A stretch of DNA of 64,000 nucleotides from the NCBI RefSeq assembly GCF_009914755.1, contig NC_060944.1; one strand, given 5' to 3'. The notes under the pieces were generated by a model. It saw only the letters and a list, made by a program, of their open reading frames with translations. It had not been told where the DNA came from and made no database searches. Shown here in pieces: positions 59,711 through 64,000 of this stretch. How positions within the stretch are numbered: the first letter of the stretch is position 1; the number at the start of each line of letters is the position of its first letter. The translations under genes and the position numbers were made by a program. The stretch comes from the human T2T-CHM13v2.0 reference genome, Homo sapiens.

Positions 59711-61453
59711 GTACGTGCCCATGGGCGGCTGTCCCCCAGCACCACAGGAGGCCTGGGAAGGAGGCCTCCAAAGGATTGCCAGGGTGCAGAGGGGTCCTTA
59801 TGTTCATTCATTCTTGTGTTTGTTTAGTGGGGAAGCATCCAGGGAGCCCCTGCTGGACTGATACTAGAGAGGTAAACCAGAGGTCGTCCCAGTCCTGGGG
59901 GAGTTCACAGCTTAGGCCCTACAGTGTGATAAATGCTGCAGGGGTAGAACTTAGGGATCATGGGCGCAGAAAAGGCCGAGCAGAAGTTAGCCAGGTAGAA
60001 GTGGGAGATGGGAGTTGCAGGCAGGGGGAACAGCTGTTCAAAGGCCTAGAAAAGTGAGGGGATAGCACTTTAGAGAATGAAAAGGACTTCTCTGTGGCCA
60101 GAGTGGAGAGGATGTGCAGAAAGGGGCAGGAGATGAAGGTTGGCAGCAGCTGGTCATGAAGGTGTTAACAAGGGGCCTCCACTGGGCTGTGCGGAGCTAC
60201 TGAAGATGTTTGCACAAGAGAAGGGTAGGGCATGGTAGACATCAAAACTCCTGGGACCTCGGAGGTGATCGAGCCTAACCTGGGGCCATTTTACAGATAG
60301 GAAGACTGAGATGAAGACAGGAGAAGGGCCATGCGTGAAGTCACATAGCACTGGGCCTGGCTCCTGGGGTAAACTAAGGGGTAGAAAAGTCTGAGGATTC
60401 CTGGCAGAAACCAGGAAATGGACAGGGTCAAGGCCCCTGAGGGTCAGCCCATGCAGGACACTGACAAGTGACAGTCCAAGAAGACAGAGATGAGAATAAA
60501 AAGTGTAACAATAGGTATTCACTGTGCACCAGGTACTATGATGATTGCTTAGTGTGCACAATCTCTTTTAATCTTGACACAACCAATGAGGTGGTTTCTA
60601 TCATTGTGCCCCTTTTATAGATAGAGGACACTGAGACTCAGAAAGCCATGGTTACTTGCCACATGACAGAGCCAGGTGGTATCAGAGCTGGGATTGGGCC
60701 CAGGAGGCTGAGCCCAGAGAGTCCTGTGCCCGTGCTAGGATAAGCGTTTCACACAATCAGGGCAGGCTGCCCTGGCAGGCAAGCATAAGGAAGATAAGGG
60801 GGACCTGGAAACCCAAGGGAGAGTAGCGGGGGCCTGGGTCCCTTGGGAATGCACAGAGAAGCAGAAGGACTTAAGCCTCCTCCTGGGGCAGCAGCAGAGC
60901 TTTGCTCTGTTGACGGAGATGCAGTGAACAGCGGGGCAGATCCAGACAGGGTCCAGCCCCTAGCTTCACCTGGCCTCTTGTGCACAGATCTCCAGCGCCC
61001 TTACCAGGTGCCCTAAGGAGCCCAGAACTCTGGGTCCCCTTCCTGCAGCATCACAGGCTCTTTTCCACTCCCGCTGGGGAGGTGAGTCCATGATAAGAGG
61101 AATAACCCAAGCAGGCTCAGGAGAGAAGCGCCATGCGTTCACAGGGCCCTGATTCTCAAGAAACATTTGGGAAAATCCACTGGAACATACTCACCCCTAT
61201 GCCAATGTGCACCATGGGTGCTGAATGGTCATTTCCACACTTCCTCAGCTTTTCTGGTCAGTGTGTAGAAAGATCAAAATCTTGTCTTTGTAAATGATCA
61301 ACTTATTCATTAATTCAACACAACTTCATTGAGCACCCGTATTTGCCATGTACCATGCTGTGGTTAAAAAACAAAGTTCTGTTCTCATCAAGCTGACGTT
61401 CTAGTGGGAGATACAGACACTAAACAAGCGAATAAGTAAAATACGTGTCAGGT

Positions 61454-64000
<2,547 letters not shown>

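Overview
Human genomic DNA, recognised as the 20p13 SOX12-NRSN2-TRIB3 interval from the translated exons. The window holds: (1) the probable distal 3' UTR and poly(A) site of an upstream + strand gene, likely SOX12 (inferred from synteny, no SOX12 CDS here); (2) the complete NRSN2 gene, with a CpG-island promoter at about 18.0-19.7 kb, CDS 21010-21198 + 24576-25001 (204 aa) and poly(A) signals at 25938 and 26209; (3) the 5' part of the TRIB3 pseudokinase gene, with a CpG-island promoter carrying a 5-copy allele of the known 33-bp C/EBP-ATF VNTR, non-coding exon 1, and coding exons 59420-59710 and 62695-62987 (the last exon is outside the window). The rest is dense in Alus, with MaLR/ERVL LTR, L1, L2, MIR and MER remnants; almost all other ORFs in the track are Alu, simple-repeat or GC-rich artefacts. 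I found no credible novel protein-coding gene or novel self-contained system. The best lead is regulatory: a series of near-perfect stress bZIP elements (NRF2-sMAF ARE, C/EBP, ATF4 CARE) 3-18 kb upstream of TRIB3, including a second tandemly duplicated element. Repeat boundaries and subfamilies are by eye and approximate.
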